DNA of 64,000 nt from a candidate division FCPU426 bacterium. Lineage in GTDB: Bacteria > Oederibacteriota > Muellerivitia > Muellerivitales > Muellerivitaceae. The position numbers and the translations under genes are program-made. This document shows, one piece after another, positions 1 through 9,103 of this stretch; within the stretch, counting starts at the first letter, position 1, and the number at the start of each line of letters is the position of its first letter. The DNA is taken from contig CAVTWJ010000022.1 in the NCBI GenBank assembly GCA_963738405.1, forward strand, positions 128,001 through 192,000. The letters are read 5' to 3'. The notes beneath the pieces were generated by a model. The model had not been told where the DNA came from, did no database searches, and saw only the letters and a list, made by a program, of their open reading frames with translations.

Positions 1-1
1 C

Positions 2-463
2 GGTGGCTTGGGAATATTGTTTTTCGGCCAGGTAGGCCAACCCCAAATTGTAATGGGCCGAGCCTAAGCTGGGGTCCAGGGTCAGGGCTTTGAGGGCATA
101 TTGGATGCACAAGGGATAGGCCAAACGCTGTAAATAAACAAAAGACTTGTTGGAAAGGGCCTCGACATAGTTGGGTTGGACGGACAGTGCCTTGTCAAAC
201 TGCTCCATCGCCTGATCGTAAAGGCCCCGCTGGGCATAAATTTTACCGAGGTTATTGCGGGCCTCAACGTCATAGGGATTCCGTTCCACGGCCTCTTTTA
301 AATAGGTCGTAGCGCTGTTGGTTTTGCCTTCTTTTAAGTAAACATTGGCTTTATCCAAATAATACTGGCTATCAGGCTCGCCGCCCGCCGCCAAAGAGGG
401 GAAAAAAATGGAGAAAAGGGCCGGAATAAGGAAGGGAGTAATATGGCGCGGAAAAGGGGACAT
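2..463 (-). CDS. Exported tetratricopeptide-repeat protein, 3' end outside window (not in ORF track)
   Basis: Manual translation from ATG 463 (SD GAGGAG): MSPFPRHITPFLIPALFSIFFPSLAA signal-like N-terminus, then TPR units such as AVERNPYDVEARNNLGKIY and ALTLDPSLGSAHYNLGLAY; open to window edge. Confidence 0.85.
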   Translation of the reverse strand, partial: MSPFPRHITPFLIPALFSIFFPSLAAGGEPDSQYYLDKANVYLKEGKTNSATTYLKEAVERNPYDVEARNNLGKIYAQRGLYDQAMEQFDKALSVQPNYVEALSNKSFVYLQRLAYPLCIQYALKALTLDPSLGSAHYNLGLAYLAEKQYSQAT

Positions 464-509
464 CCTGACTCCTCAAATAACTGAAGGCCTGAGTAACAAA
501 GGAGAATCG

Positions 510-538
510 ATTTTAAGGGAGGGGTTCAGGCCCGTCAA
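510..538 (-). promoter_or_regulatory. Sigma70-type promoter for the TPR gene
   Basis: TTGACG-17 bp-TAAAAT on minus strand, about 45 bp upstream of ATG 463. Confidence 0.6.
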
Positions 539-575
539 CGTGCAAAACCTGAAGCGTTCCGCGTTTATGGATGTT

Positions 576-1967
576 TTACGCTTTTTGAGCTTCCTCTTGC
601 GCGAATCGAAGAAATAGTTTCAATTCCCTTTGTGAGGATGCCTCGGCGTAAAGACGCAGGAGGGGCTCGGTTCCTGATGCCCTTGCCATAACCCATCCCC
701 TTTCCATTTCGAGCTTCACACCATCCATGGTTTCAACCCGCAAAATTTTGTTTCCGCCGATTTGCGCGGGATGTTTATGACGGAATCTTTCCAAAATGAC
801 TTGCTGTCTCTTCGGGGAAACATTGGAAAGGTCCACCCTTCCCGAATAAAAAGGCCCGAACTCCTTTTGAAGAAAGTCGACGGTTTGTGTGACTGATTTC
901 CCTAGAAACGAAAGGGCTTCCAGCAGCAAAAGGCCGGACAACAACCCATCCCTTTCCGGAAGGTGCCCTTTTACGGCAATGCCCCCGCTTTCCTCCATGC
1001 CTAAAAGCACGTCTTTTTGGAGCATCACACCGCCAATGTATTTGAACCCAATGGGGGTTGTGGTTAAGGGGATTCCCCATTTTTGGGCCATACGGCCGAT
1101 CATGAGGGTTCCTGAAACGGTCTTGACCACTTCCCCACGCATTTTTCGGTTCACCCACAGGTGGTAAAGAAGCAGGGCATGAAGTTTATGTACATCCACA
1201 AATCGTCCCTTTTCATCCATCATTCCGATGCGGTCCCCGTCCCCGTCGGTGGCGAATCCAACCGAGGCTTTCAGCTTCCGGATCGCCTGGGAAAGGGGTT
1301 CCAGGTTGGGTCCGATGGGTTCGGGCTGTCTTCCGCCAAAGAGGGGGTCCGGGTTTGCAGCCAAGGTCCAAACCTTGGTCCTGCCCCCCGAAACCATTTT
1401 TTCAAAATGTTTTTCACCCGTTCCGTGCATCGAATCCACAACCACTTTAAGACCCGAACGGCGGATAAGTTTTAAGTCCACCTTCGCGGTTAGGATTTTC
1501 AAGTAATGCTCCAGCCAATCCCTCGAGTCAATCTTGCCCTTTTGCCCTAATGGTGGGTCCTTATCCGGAATCGCCTTCTCCACCTTTTCGGTAAAGGAGG
1601 AGGGAGCGGAAACTCCGGGTGGAAGCTTGATTTTGAAACCGTTATAGGCCCCCGAATTGTGGCTGGCGGTGATCATGACCCCCGCGTCGGCCCCCCTAGC
1701 CTTCAAAGCAAGGGAAAGGGCGGGCGTGGGAAGGACACGGGAAGAAAGGCAGACCCGGTGGCCGAGGGAAGAAAGGGTTTGCGCCGCGGCTTGGGCGAAG
1801 GCGCGGGATTGAAACCGGGTATCGTATCCAACAAACACAAGGGCTTTTTTCTTTTTGCCGCTGAGAACCCGGCCCAAACCGAAGGCCGCCCGCCTGACAT
1901 TGGCGAAGGTGTAAGAGTCTGCAATTTTGGCGCGCCAGCCGTCCGTCCCGAAACGCAAGATGTCCAA
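576..1967 (-). CDS. Phosphoglucomutase/phosphomannomutase
   Basis: FGTDGWR, TASHN phosphoserine loop, DGDGDR metal loop, EESGG, RASGTEP; TTG start with SD GGGAG. Confidence 0.93.
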   Translation of the reverse strand: MDILRFGTDGWRAKIADSYTFANVRRAAFGLGRVLSGKKKKALVFVGYDTRFQSRAFAQAAAQTLSSLGHRVCLSSRVLPTPALSLALKARGADAGVMITASHNSGAYNGFKIKLPPGVSAPSSFTEKVEKAIPDKDPPLGQKGKIDSRDWLEHYLKILTAKVDLKLIRRSGLKVVVDSMHGTGEKHFEKMVSGGRTKVWTLAANPDPLFGGRQPEPIGPNLEPLSQAIRKLKASVGFATDGDGDRIGMMDEKGRFVDVHKLHALLLYHLWVNRKMRGEVVKTVSGTLMIGRMAQKWGIPLTTTPIGFKYIGGVMLQKDVLLGMEESGGIAVKGHLPERDGLLSGLLLLEALSFLGKSVTQTVDFLQKEFGPFYSGRVDLSNVSPKRQQVILERFRHKHPAQIGGNKILRVETMDGVKLEMERGWVMARASGTEPLLRLYAEASSQRELKLFLRFAQEEAQKA

Positions 1968-1978
1968 GTTACTCTCCC

Positions 1979-3694
1979 TTAATCCTCATCTTTGATTTCA
2001 AGCCTGTAACCAGGTGAATCCAAGTGGTTATACATGAGCCATTGCTTTAACCGCCATTCATATGTTTGTTTGTTGAAGTGGAGATTCCAACCCGGCGGCG
2101 TGGTGGAGTTGTAACCATTCAAGGTCGGAATCCCCGACATCATCGATACCAGCATGGCATCCACTTGGTGAGTATTCCTAATTCGGTCCTTCAGATTTGG
2201 GCCTAACACCACATAGAAATATTCAGCTTCCTTCGGGATCGTTTGAGCCATGGCCGTGATCCTTTCCCGGTCCCGATCCTTGGGATATCCAGGGAAAGGA
2301 AGGTCCCCCATCTGTTCAAACCAAATCAACCCAAGAAAAATCGCCAATAAAGTCCAAGCATATATTTTGTGAGTTGAAGACCTTTTTTTCTGAATCCAAT
2401 CGGCCACCCTTTGGGTCTCACTAGTCAAAATACAGGATGCGGGCAAAGCCAGAACCAGAAACAGTCGGGAAATACATTTCATGGCGGAGGCCCCGGGAAT
2501 CAAATGATAAACCATTTCCCATAAATAATTGTGATGGAATATCCGCACTACAAAGGCCGCAGAAATAAGGACACTTAAATAGACAGGAAATTCCAGGGTT
2601 TTTAATCTCTCACCCGAGAAGGTGAGGGACTTCCGAATCCCGTTTGAACTATTGAAGTTAAGAGACCTGCCCAAAAGAAAAACTCCAGCCACAATCCAAA
2701 AAAGGATAAAAACCAGCCCCAATCCTAACCTGTTTTCCCACTCAAACGGAATGGTGGCCAACCGTGGAAAGCGTGCCAGCCATCCCCAAAACCAATTTTG
2801 CTCCCCCATCCAAAAGAGAGCCTTTGGAACCGGAGCCGCTTCAGCGGCGTCTGAAAAAGCTCTCGGGCCTCTCATCTGCAAAGCCGGCAAATAAAGTGCG
2901 AGCGCCGGAATCAAGCTGAACAAAAAAACTCCCGCAGAAGCCGCAAAACTCAATCGAAATCGCTTTAGAAACTCCCACCCTTTCCTGCGGTTTTCTTCCC
3001 AAATCATCATGGTCAAAACAAGAATCAAAAACCAGAAACAAAAAAACCAAGCCAAATAGAAGGACGTCAAAAACTGAACCCCCAATAGGAACGCCGTGAC
3101 GGACAAGACCCCAAAGACCTGGAAATCTCCCGCCCGAACGGCATTTCGATAGATCCAGGCAAATCCCATCAGTATCAAGGGAAGGAGGAATTGCATCTGC
3201 AGGTCAAAGTGATTGGTTTGGTTGTATCGAATATTGTTGAAACAGTAAAAAGAAGCCCCCACCGACGAGGGAAAAAAACCAAAACCCAGACCCTTTTTAA
3301 AAAGCAAGAAACAGGTAAACCATGCAAACACATCACAGGCCATAGCACAGGCTTGAAACGCGTCGTACATATCCAGGTGCGCGAAACGAAAAAGGGAGTA
3401 AATCGGGACCGCCGCCGAGTTGGCGTCGTTATAACCCAAAAGACCTTGGGCAGGGTAAAACATAGCGGGAGAAAGTATTTTGGCGTGACCTAGGAAGGAT
3501 TGGTAATAGTTTTCGAGGATATACATGCAAAAGCGTGAATCGCCAATATCCCCCGGCATGAAATGAAACCCGGTTAAGAACTCAACCCGGTGAAAAGTCC
3601 AAATACCCCAAAACAGAGGGATTATGCAGGCGAGAGCATAGAAAAAGGAGGAAGTTTTTCCAGAAAAGATCTGGAGGTTCGGCCGAATATTCAT
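1979..3694 (-). CDS. Polytopic membrane protein, GT-C/YfhO-like putative glycosyltransferase
   Basis: Many hydrophobic segments, acidic first loop GDIGDSRF, C-terminal PTLNGY motif; ATG 3694 chosen to avoid overlap with the upstream gene. Confidence 0.65.
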   Translation of the reverse strand: MNIRPNLQIFSGKTSSFFYALACIIPLFWGIWTFHRVEFLTGFHFMPGDIGDSRFCMYILENYYQSFLGHAKILSPAMFYPAQGLLGYNDANSAAVPIYSLFRFAHLDMYDAFQACAMACDVFAWFTCFLLFKKGLGFGFFPSSVGASFYCFNNIRYNQTNHFDLQMQFLLPLILMGFAWIYRNAVRAGDFQVFGVLSVTAFLLGVQFLTSFYLAWFFCFWFLILVLTMMIWEENRRKGWEFLKRFRLSFAASAGVFLFSLIPALALYLPALQMRGPRAFSDAAEAAPVPKALFWMGEQNWFWGWLARFPRLATIPFEWENRLGLGLVFILFWIVAGVFLLGRSLNFNSSNGIRKSLTFSGERLKTLEFPVYLSVLISAAFVVRIFHHNYLWEMVYHLIPGASAMKCISRLFLVLALPASCILTSETQRVADWIQKKRSSTHKIYAWTLLAIFLGLIWFEQMGDLPFPGYPKDRDRERITAMAQTIPKEAEYFYVVLGPNLKDRIRNTHQVDAMLVSMMSGIPTLNGYNSTTPPGWNLHFNKQTYEWRLKQWLMYNHLDSPGYRLEIKDED

Positions 3695-3728
3695 GAGCGT
3701 AAGGATGCCATGCGTTTCCGGGACCGAA

Positions 3729-4772
3729 TCATGATATTTGGCTTTCGTCTCCCCAAACGCTTCCAGAGGGTGGCTGAGCCCCATCCACCACCACGCATTT
3801 GCGCCCCAAGATAGACTCTTCCAATTTCGAATCCTTCCCGACTTTCACGCCTTCCCACAAAAGGCTTTTGGAAACAACCGCACCGGGACCGATAATGCAT
3901 TTTCTTCCAATCACGCTATAGGGAAGAATCTTCGCGCCGTCCCCAATGTAACACCCTTCTTCCAACAATACCGGACCCTGCACCACCGCGTCCCTGCCAA
4001 ACCATACCCTTTTTCCCCGGTAAATATGATTCGCCCCTTTCTTCACGCGGGAAAGAATGGGAAAAGCCCCGCTCAGGACGTCCCATTGGGTGGTCAGGTA
4101 TTTTCGAGGAGTGCCTATATCCTGCCAGTAGCCCTTCCAAACAAAGCCCCCGAAGGGTACCCCCGCCTGAAGCAGGGCCGGGAAGAGTCCCCTTTCGGCA
4201 GAATGGTTGACGCCCGAGGGAATAAAATCCATCACCCCGGGTTCGAAGATATAAACCCCGGCATTGATGGTATCCACCACCGTTTCCTCAGGTTTGGGTT
4301 TTTCGAGAAATTTCTGAATTTTCCCTTGGGAGTTCAAAATCACAAGACCATAAGGGCTGGGATCGGGGACCCGGACCAGACCCAAGGTGGCCAGATTTCC
4401 CGCCTCGTGGTGCGCCGCCGCCATTTTTTTGAGGGGAATATCAGTGAGTATGTCCCCATTCATGACAACGACCGACGATCCCTTTACATAACGTTCGGCG
4501 TTCTTGATGGCCCCGGCGGTGCCGAGGGGGTTTTCCTCAGTGACGTAATAAATCTTCACGCCAAATTTCCGGCCGTTGCCGTAAATTTTTCGGATGTCGT
4601 CCGGCCGATATCCCAGGGAAAGAACAATTTCTTTGACCCCCGCCGACTTTAAAAATTCAAATTGGTAGGTCAGAAAGGGAGTGCCGCATAGGGGCGCGAC
4701 ATTTTTGGGAAGCTTATCCGTCAAGGGACGCATCCGGGTGCCCTGCCCCCCCACAAGAATAATGGCCTTCAT
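3729..4772 (-). CDS. NDP-sugar pyrophosphorylase (mannose-1-phosphate guanylyltransferase-like, GCD1 type)
   Basis: ILVGGQGTRMRPLT, PLGTAGAI, NGDILTD, FLEKP, WQDIGTP, C-terminal hexapeptide repeats. Confidence 0.9.
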   Translation of the reverse strand: MKAIILVGGQGTRMRPLTDKLPKNVAPLCGTPFLTYQFEFLKSAGVKEIVLSLGYRPDDIRKIYGNGRKFGVKIYYVTEENPLGTAGAIKNAERYVKGSSVVVMNGDILTDIPLKKMAAAHHEAGNLATLGLVRVPDPSPYGLVILNSQGKIQKFLEKPKPEETVVDTINAGVYIFEPGVMDFIPSGVNHSAERGLFPALLQAGVPFGGFVWKGYWQDIGTPRKYLTTQWDVLSGAFPILSRVKKGANHIYRGKRVWFGRDAVVQGPVLLEEGCYIGDGAKILPYSVIGRKCIIGPGAVVSKSLLWEGVKVGKDSKLEESILGRKCVVVDGAQPPSGSVWGDESQIS

Positions 4773-4847
4773 GTGACGCTCCGCCTTGAGTCTTAAGAGT
4801 GAAAGAAAAAAGAAAAGGGCAAAAAGACTACTTCAAGCACCTAACTT

Positions 4848-5768
4848 CTAGCTGGTTTTTCGGTAGTATTCCACCGTTTCTTTTAAACCAGCCGCCAAAC
4901 CGTAGACTGGTTCCCATTTTAGATGCTTTTGGGCTAGCGAGGGGTCCAAGAGGCTTTTTTTCAAGTCGCCCAACCGGGCGACCGTATGTTTGGCAGGCTG
5001 CGGGTAACCGGTTGCTTGGGCTAAGGTATGAAATAGGTCATTGGTCGTGGTTCCAACCCCTGTCCCGATATTAAAAGTGCCGTTCTGGGGATATTCCAAG
5101 GCTAAAAGATTGGCTCGGGCCACATCCTTCACATAAACGTAATCCCGTAGGTTATAGCCATCCCCAAAAATTTGAAAATCGCCGCCGTACAGCATCCTAT
5201 GGGTAAAGATGGCCACAACCCCGCCCTCCCCCAAGGCGTCCTGCCTGGGCCCGTAGACATTGGCGTAACGCAGCACCACCCTTTCCAAGCCAAAGGCTTG
5301 GGAAAAAACATCGGCGTAAAGTTCCACCGAGTATTTACTGGCGCCGTAAACCGAAAAGGGCCTGGCTGGATGAGTTTCCGGAAATGGCCCCGCGTCGGCC
5401 TCGCCATATTGAGCGCCTCCGGATGAGGCATAGATGAACTTTCTTACCCCTGCCCTCCGACAAAGGTCCAGAAGAAGAACCGAGCCTAGTACATTCACCT
5501 TGACGTCAAAATAAGGATCTTCCAGGGAAGCTTTAACTTTGATCTGGGCCGCGTGGTGGTTGACCACCTCTATTTTTTCATCCTGCATTAACTCCTGCAA
5601 CGAATCGTCGAGAATATCCTTCTCGTAGAATTTGACTTTAGGGTTGAGGTTTTCTTTTCTACCTGTGGACAGGTTATCCACCACAACGATCTCGTGCCCG
5701 GCCTCAAGGTAGGCGTCCACCACGTGACTGCCGATGAAACCGGCCCCACCGGTTACGAGTATTCTCAT
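4848..5768 (-). CDS. NAD-dependent epimerase/dehydratase (UDP-glucose 4-epimerase-like)
   Basis: GGAGFIGS Rossmann motif, ASSGG, YGASK, YANVYGPRQ, RDYVYV. Confidence 0.92.
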   Translation of the reverse strand: MRILVTGGAGFIGSHVVDAYLEAGHEIVVVDNLSTGRKENLNPKVKFYEKDILDDSLQELMQDEKIEVVNHHAAQIKVKASLEDPYFDVKVNVLGSVLLLDLCRRAGVRKFIYASSGGAQYGEADAGPFPETHPARPFSVYGASKYSVELYADVFSQAFGLERVVLRYANVYGPRQDALGEGGVVAIFTHRMLYGGDFQIFGDGYNLRDYVYVKDVARANLLALEYPQNGTFNIGTGVGTTTNDLFHTLAQATGYPQPAKHTVARLGDLKKSLLDPSLAQKHLKWEPVYGLAAGLKETVEYYRKTS

Positions 5769-5890
5769 GACATTATCTCGCGATCAAGAAGGTGAATCCT
5801 GTCGGTTTGATTTGTTTCGATCCCGTTATCCTTAAACGGGAAATAAAAAAACGGGATGAAACCGGCCCCTCCGGTTACGAGTATTCTCAT
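5765..5890 (-). CDS. 41-aa uORF copy 2, MRILVTGGAGFIPFFYFPFKDNGIETNQTDRIHLLDREIMS
   Basis: Manual translation; its TGA overlaps the epimerase ATG (ATGA); translation not demonstrated. Confidence 0.45.
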   Translation of the reverse strand: MRILVTGGAGFIPFFYFPFKDNGIETNQTDRIHLLDREIMS

Positions 5891-6012
5891 GACATTATCT
5901 CGCGATCAAGAAGGTGAATCCTGTCGGTTTGATTTGTTTCGATCCCGTTATCCTTAAACGGGAAATAAAAAAACGGGATGAAACCGGCCCCTCCGGTGAC
6001 AAGAATTCTCAT
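5887..6012 (-). CDS. 41-aa uORF copy 1 (same peptide) or truncated epimerase remnant
   Basis: ATG 6012 preceded by SD-like AGAAGGTG; TGA overlaps ATG of copy 2. Confidence 0.5.
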   Translation of the reverse strand: MRILVTGGAGFIPFFYFPFKDNGIETNQTDRIHLLDREIMS

Positions 6013-6048
6013 AACACCTTCTTAATCGTAATTTTCATCTCGTTTTCT

Positions 6049-7440
6049 TTAATAGGCATGTTCATGCTCAAGGATATCCAAAACCGTGCGTAGAATAATT
6101 TTGATGTCGAGCAACAAGCTCCAGTTTTCAATGTAGTAAATGTCATATTTCACCCTCTCGGTTAAAGAGGTGTTTCCTCTAAACCCGTTAACTTGAGCCC
6201 AGCCCGTAATTCCCGATTTCACCTGGTGGCGCTCAAAATAACGGGGAATCTCCTTTTGAAACTTCTCAACCAAACCCGGCACTTCGGGTCTGGGTCCGAC
6301 CAGGCTCATGCGGCCCGTTATGACATTTAACAACTGGGGAAGTTCATCCAAACTCGTCTTGCGGAGGATTTTCCCAAGTGCCGTGACCCGGGGATCATTT
6401 TGCGCGGTAAAAGCTACGGTTTCGGTACCTACCCGCATAGTCCTGAACTTTCGCATATGAAAAACCCTGCCATCGCGTCCGACCCGTTTTTGATGAAAGA
6501 GAATAGGCCCCGGCGAGGTGATCTTGATCCCTACCGCCAAGAGAATCCAAAAAGGGCTCAACAGGAGGATGGCCAGCAATGAAACAATGAAATCAAAAAT
6601 CCGTTTGAGAGCCCGGTTGTACCAAATATTCAGCGGCGCTTCCTTCATCTCGAAAATGGGCATGTCCAAAAGGACATCGCTCTCAAGGGGGTTCGTAATA
6701 AGCCCGAAAAGGTCGGAGATGATTTTATATTTGATGGGGGTGTCTTGAAGGGTCACCAGAAGGGGAAGGAACTCACCATGGACGGAAGCCGGAAGGGCAA
6801 ATATCACCTCATCGGGTTTTTGTTGCAGGAGAACTTTATCGAAATGAGCCAGATTCCCCACTACCCTGTAACCTTCCACCTCCCCGGAGGTCTTGGATCC
6901 CTCTGAAAGGACCCCAGCCACCCGATAGCCCAAGCCTGGATTTTGTCTCAACCGTTGAAGAAAAATCCTGGCCGTTTCGCCCGTTCCAGCGACTAATACC
7001 CTTGTGATGCCCACTCCCCGCCGGCGAAGCATGATTTGAACCCTTCTCAAAAGAGTTCTCTCCAGCCAAACGCCGAAAGTAATCAATCCAGCCGAGAAAA
7101 CAACCACCAAACGGGAAAAAGCGAAAAAATGGACCGAAAAGGTCCCCGCCGCGATCAAAATGGAAGCGATGATGGCTCCCAGGAGGACTTTTCCCAGCTC
7201 ATCCACTCCTGAAATTCCTCGGCGGCTTCGGTAGAGGCCTAAATATTTGAATACCACCCAATAGATGACAACGACCGTCACCAGGAAGGTTCGGTAATGG
7301 GGATAGGACGTCACTCCCTCCACCCTCAACCAACCCGATTTAAAACGTATCCAATCGGCCAAGACAAAACACACGGCCACTAAAAATCCGTCCAGTAAAA
7401 AACTAACAGACGCAAAAAGGGATTTGAGCGGAAATTTCAT
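6049..7440 (-). CDS. wcaJ: Undecaprenyl-phosphate sugar-1-phosphate transferase (WcaJ/WbaP family)
   Basis: N-terminal TMs, [46 protein letters not shown]. Confidence 0.9.
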   Translation of the reverse strand: MKFPLKSLFASVSFLLDGFLVAVCFVLADWIRFKSGWLRVEGVTSYPHYRTFLVTVVVIYWVVFKYLGLYRSRRGISGVDELGKVLLGAIIASILIAAGTFSVHFFAFSRLVVVFSAGLITFGVWLERTLLRRVQIMLRRRGVGITRVLVAGTGETARIFLQRLRQNPGLGYRVAGVLSEGSKTSGEVEGYRVVGNLAHFDKVLLQQKPDEVIFALPASVHGEFLPLLVTLQDTPIKYKIISDLFGLITNPLESDVLLDMPIFEMKEAPLNIWYNRALKRIFDFIVSLLAILLLSPFWILLAVGIKITSPGPILFHQKRVGRDGRVFHMRKFRTMRVGTETVAFTAQNDPRVTALGKILRKTSLDELPQLLNVITGRMSLVGPRPEVPGLVEKFQKEIPRYFERHQVKSGITGWAQVNGFRGNTSLTERVKYDIYYIENWSLLLDIKIILRTVLDILEHEHAY

Positions 7441-7557
7441 CGATTCCTCAGGCGTATCAGACTTATTTACACCGACTGGAGTGACTTGATGACAAAGGCC
7501 ATTTTACCCTACGAAAGCCCCTATCCCCATAGGGGCTGTGGATTGAACATGAAAACC

Positions 7558-8661
7558 CTATTCTTCACCGATCGGCTTGAACCCAAAAAGCCGGCGAAAA
7601 TAGACCTGGGTCTTGAAAAGAAACCGGGCCTTGGAAAACTGATTGGCCCTTTCCCGAAGGACTTGAGGGTCGAATGGGGTACGGTCGAGTTTTTCAAGGG
7701 CTTCTTCTAAACTTTCATCCGTCTGACGGGAGAAAAAGAGGCCCGTGACTCCATCCTGAACCGAATCCAAGACGCCCCCTTCCCCAAAAGCGACCACAGG
7801 CACACCGCTGGCCATGGCTTCAACCGGGACAATTCCGAAATCCTCCTTACCGGGAAAGATCAAGGCCTTCGCCCGGGAATAGATATCCGGCAATTCATCC
7901 TCTGCTGCCCAACCCTTGAAGGAAACTGTCGATCCGGCAAGGGCCCTCAGTTTATTTTCCTCGGACCCCTGACCCACCACCCAAAGGGGCCAATTCCTTT
8001 TGGAACAGACCCTCACTGCCAGCTCGATTTTCTTATAGGGCACCAGAGCCGAAAGGGCCAGAAAATACTCCCCTTTTTCTTTCTTTGCGCGGAACCTTTC
8101 CACATCCACCGGCGGATGAAGAACTTCCGCCTCCCGTCCATAAATTCTTTCAATCCGTCCCTTGACCTCGTTGGAATTAGCCAGGAATTTCGTAACTCCT
8201 TCATTCGACCTCAGGTCGCAGCGTTGAAGGTAAGGACGAAAAGCTCCTGCCGCCCAGCGTATCGGGGCCTTCGCTTCCTTTCCAAAATAATCGTCGAAAA
8301 GGTCCCAGATGTACCGCATAGGCGTGTGGCAATAGCAGACGTGAAGTGCTTTTTTAGGGTTTCGAACCCACTTGGCGCAGGCCGAACTGGAGGAAACGAT
8401 AAGGTCGTAATCGGAAAGATCAAAACCGCCCATCAACTCCCAAAAAAGGGGAAGGAAATACTGATACCTGGATTTACCGAATGGGATTTTTTGAAGGAAG
8501 GAGGTGGTTACTCGGCGTTTCAGAAAAATCGGATCCATTTTTTCAGGCCGATAAACCAGGGTAAAAAGATCCGCCTGCGGAAACAACTCCAAAAGGGCAA
8601 GTAGAACCTTTTCTCCGCCCCTCATCCCCGTCATCCAGTCATGAACGATGGCGATTTTCAA
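7558..8661 (-). CDS. Glycosyltransferase family 4 (WbaZ-like)
   Basis: VHDWMTGMRGGEKV, CYCHTPMRY, EDFGIVPVEAMASG. Confidence 0.9.
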   Translation of the reverse strand: MKIAIVHDWMTGMRGGEKVLLALLELFPQADLFTLVYRPEKMDPIFLKRRVTTSFLQKIPFGKSRYQYFLPLFWELMGGFDLSDYDLIVSSSSACAKWVRNPKKALHVCYCHTPMRYIWDLFDDYFGKEAKAPIRWAAGAFRPYLQRCDLRSNEGVTKFLANSNEVKGRIERIYGREAEVLHPPVDVERFRAKKEKGEYFLALSALVPYKKIELAVRVCSKRNWPLWVVGQGSEENKLRALAGSTVSFKGWAAEDELPDIYSRAKALIFPGKEDFGIVPVEAMASGVPVVAFGEGGVLDSVQDGVTGLFFSRQTDESLEEALEKLDRTPFDPQVLRERANQFSKARFLFKTQVYFRRLFGFKPIGEE

Positions 8662-8723
8662 ATCGAGTCTTCCTTAAAGAGGCAACATTTGGAATGTGAA
8701 GGAACGCCGTTCATGAATGGTCT

Positions 8724-9062
8724 TTAGGAAAAAAAGATAGTCCAAAGGAAAAACAGGATTCCCAGGGTCAAAAGCACCAGGACCGCGCCAAAACCCAACC
8801 GAAACCAATCCCATTTAATGGGTCCCCGTTGGGAAGAAAGCGGGGATCTTTCAATATTGTTTTCATCCTGCTGGTGCCCGCAGGATTCCACGGGGTAAGG
8901 CTTTTTGTTGAAAGCTTCCCCCCAGCACCTGCGACAAACCACCTTCTGGCAATGGGGGCAAGTCGCGAAGCTTTTGGGGTATAGGGTTAAATTGGTGGTG
9001 CAAACCTGACAACGGTTAGGGTCGTCGATGAAACCTGGGTTTTTCTTGGGAACCATGATCAA
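8724..9062 (-). CDS. Small Cys-rich putative zinc-finger protein with C-terminal TM anchor
   Basis: CQVC...CPHC...CRRC...CGH; hydrophobic C-terminal helix; SD GAGG. Confidence 0.7.
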   Translation of the reverse strand: MIMVPKKNPGFIDDPNRCQVCTTNLTLYPKSFATCPHCQKVVCRRCWGEAFNKKPYPVESCGHQQDENNIERSPLSSQRGPIKWDWFRLGFGAVLVLLTLGILFFLWTIFFS

Positions 9063-9103
9063 CGACCTCTTCCACTAGGGATTCAATAAAACAGGGACCG
9101 AGT

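Larger units (their letters stand above)
5733..6012. repeat. 122-bp direct tandem repeat (about 2.3 units) overlapping the epimerase start
   Basis: GATGAAACCGGCCCC recurs at 5733, 5855 and 5977; the two full units differ by one substitution, the third partial unit has three synonymous changes. Confidence 0.97.

Noticed and set aside
5841..5852. Programmed frameshift at the T7 run fusing uORFs to the epimerase
   Set aside because: The -1 frame hits TAA within a few codons and the +1 frame stops before the next ATG, so no fusion is possible
5733..6012. CRISPR array or DGR template/variable repeat
   Set aside because: The inter-repeat segments are identical (no unique spacers), differences are synonymous and not adenine-specific, and there is no cas or reverse transcriptase gene
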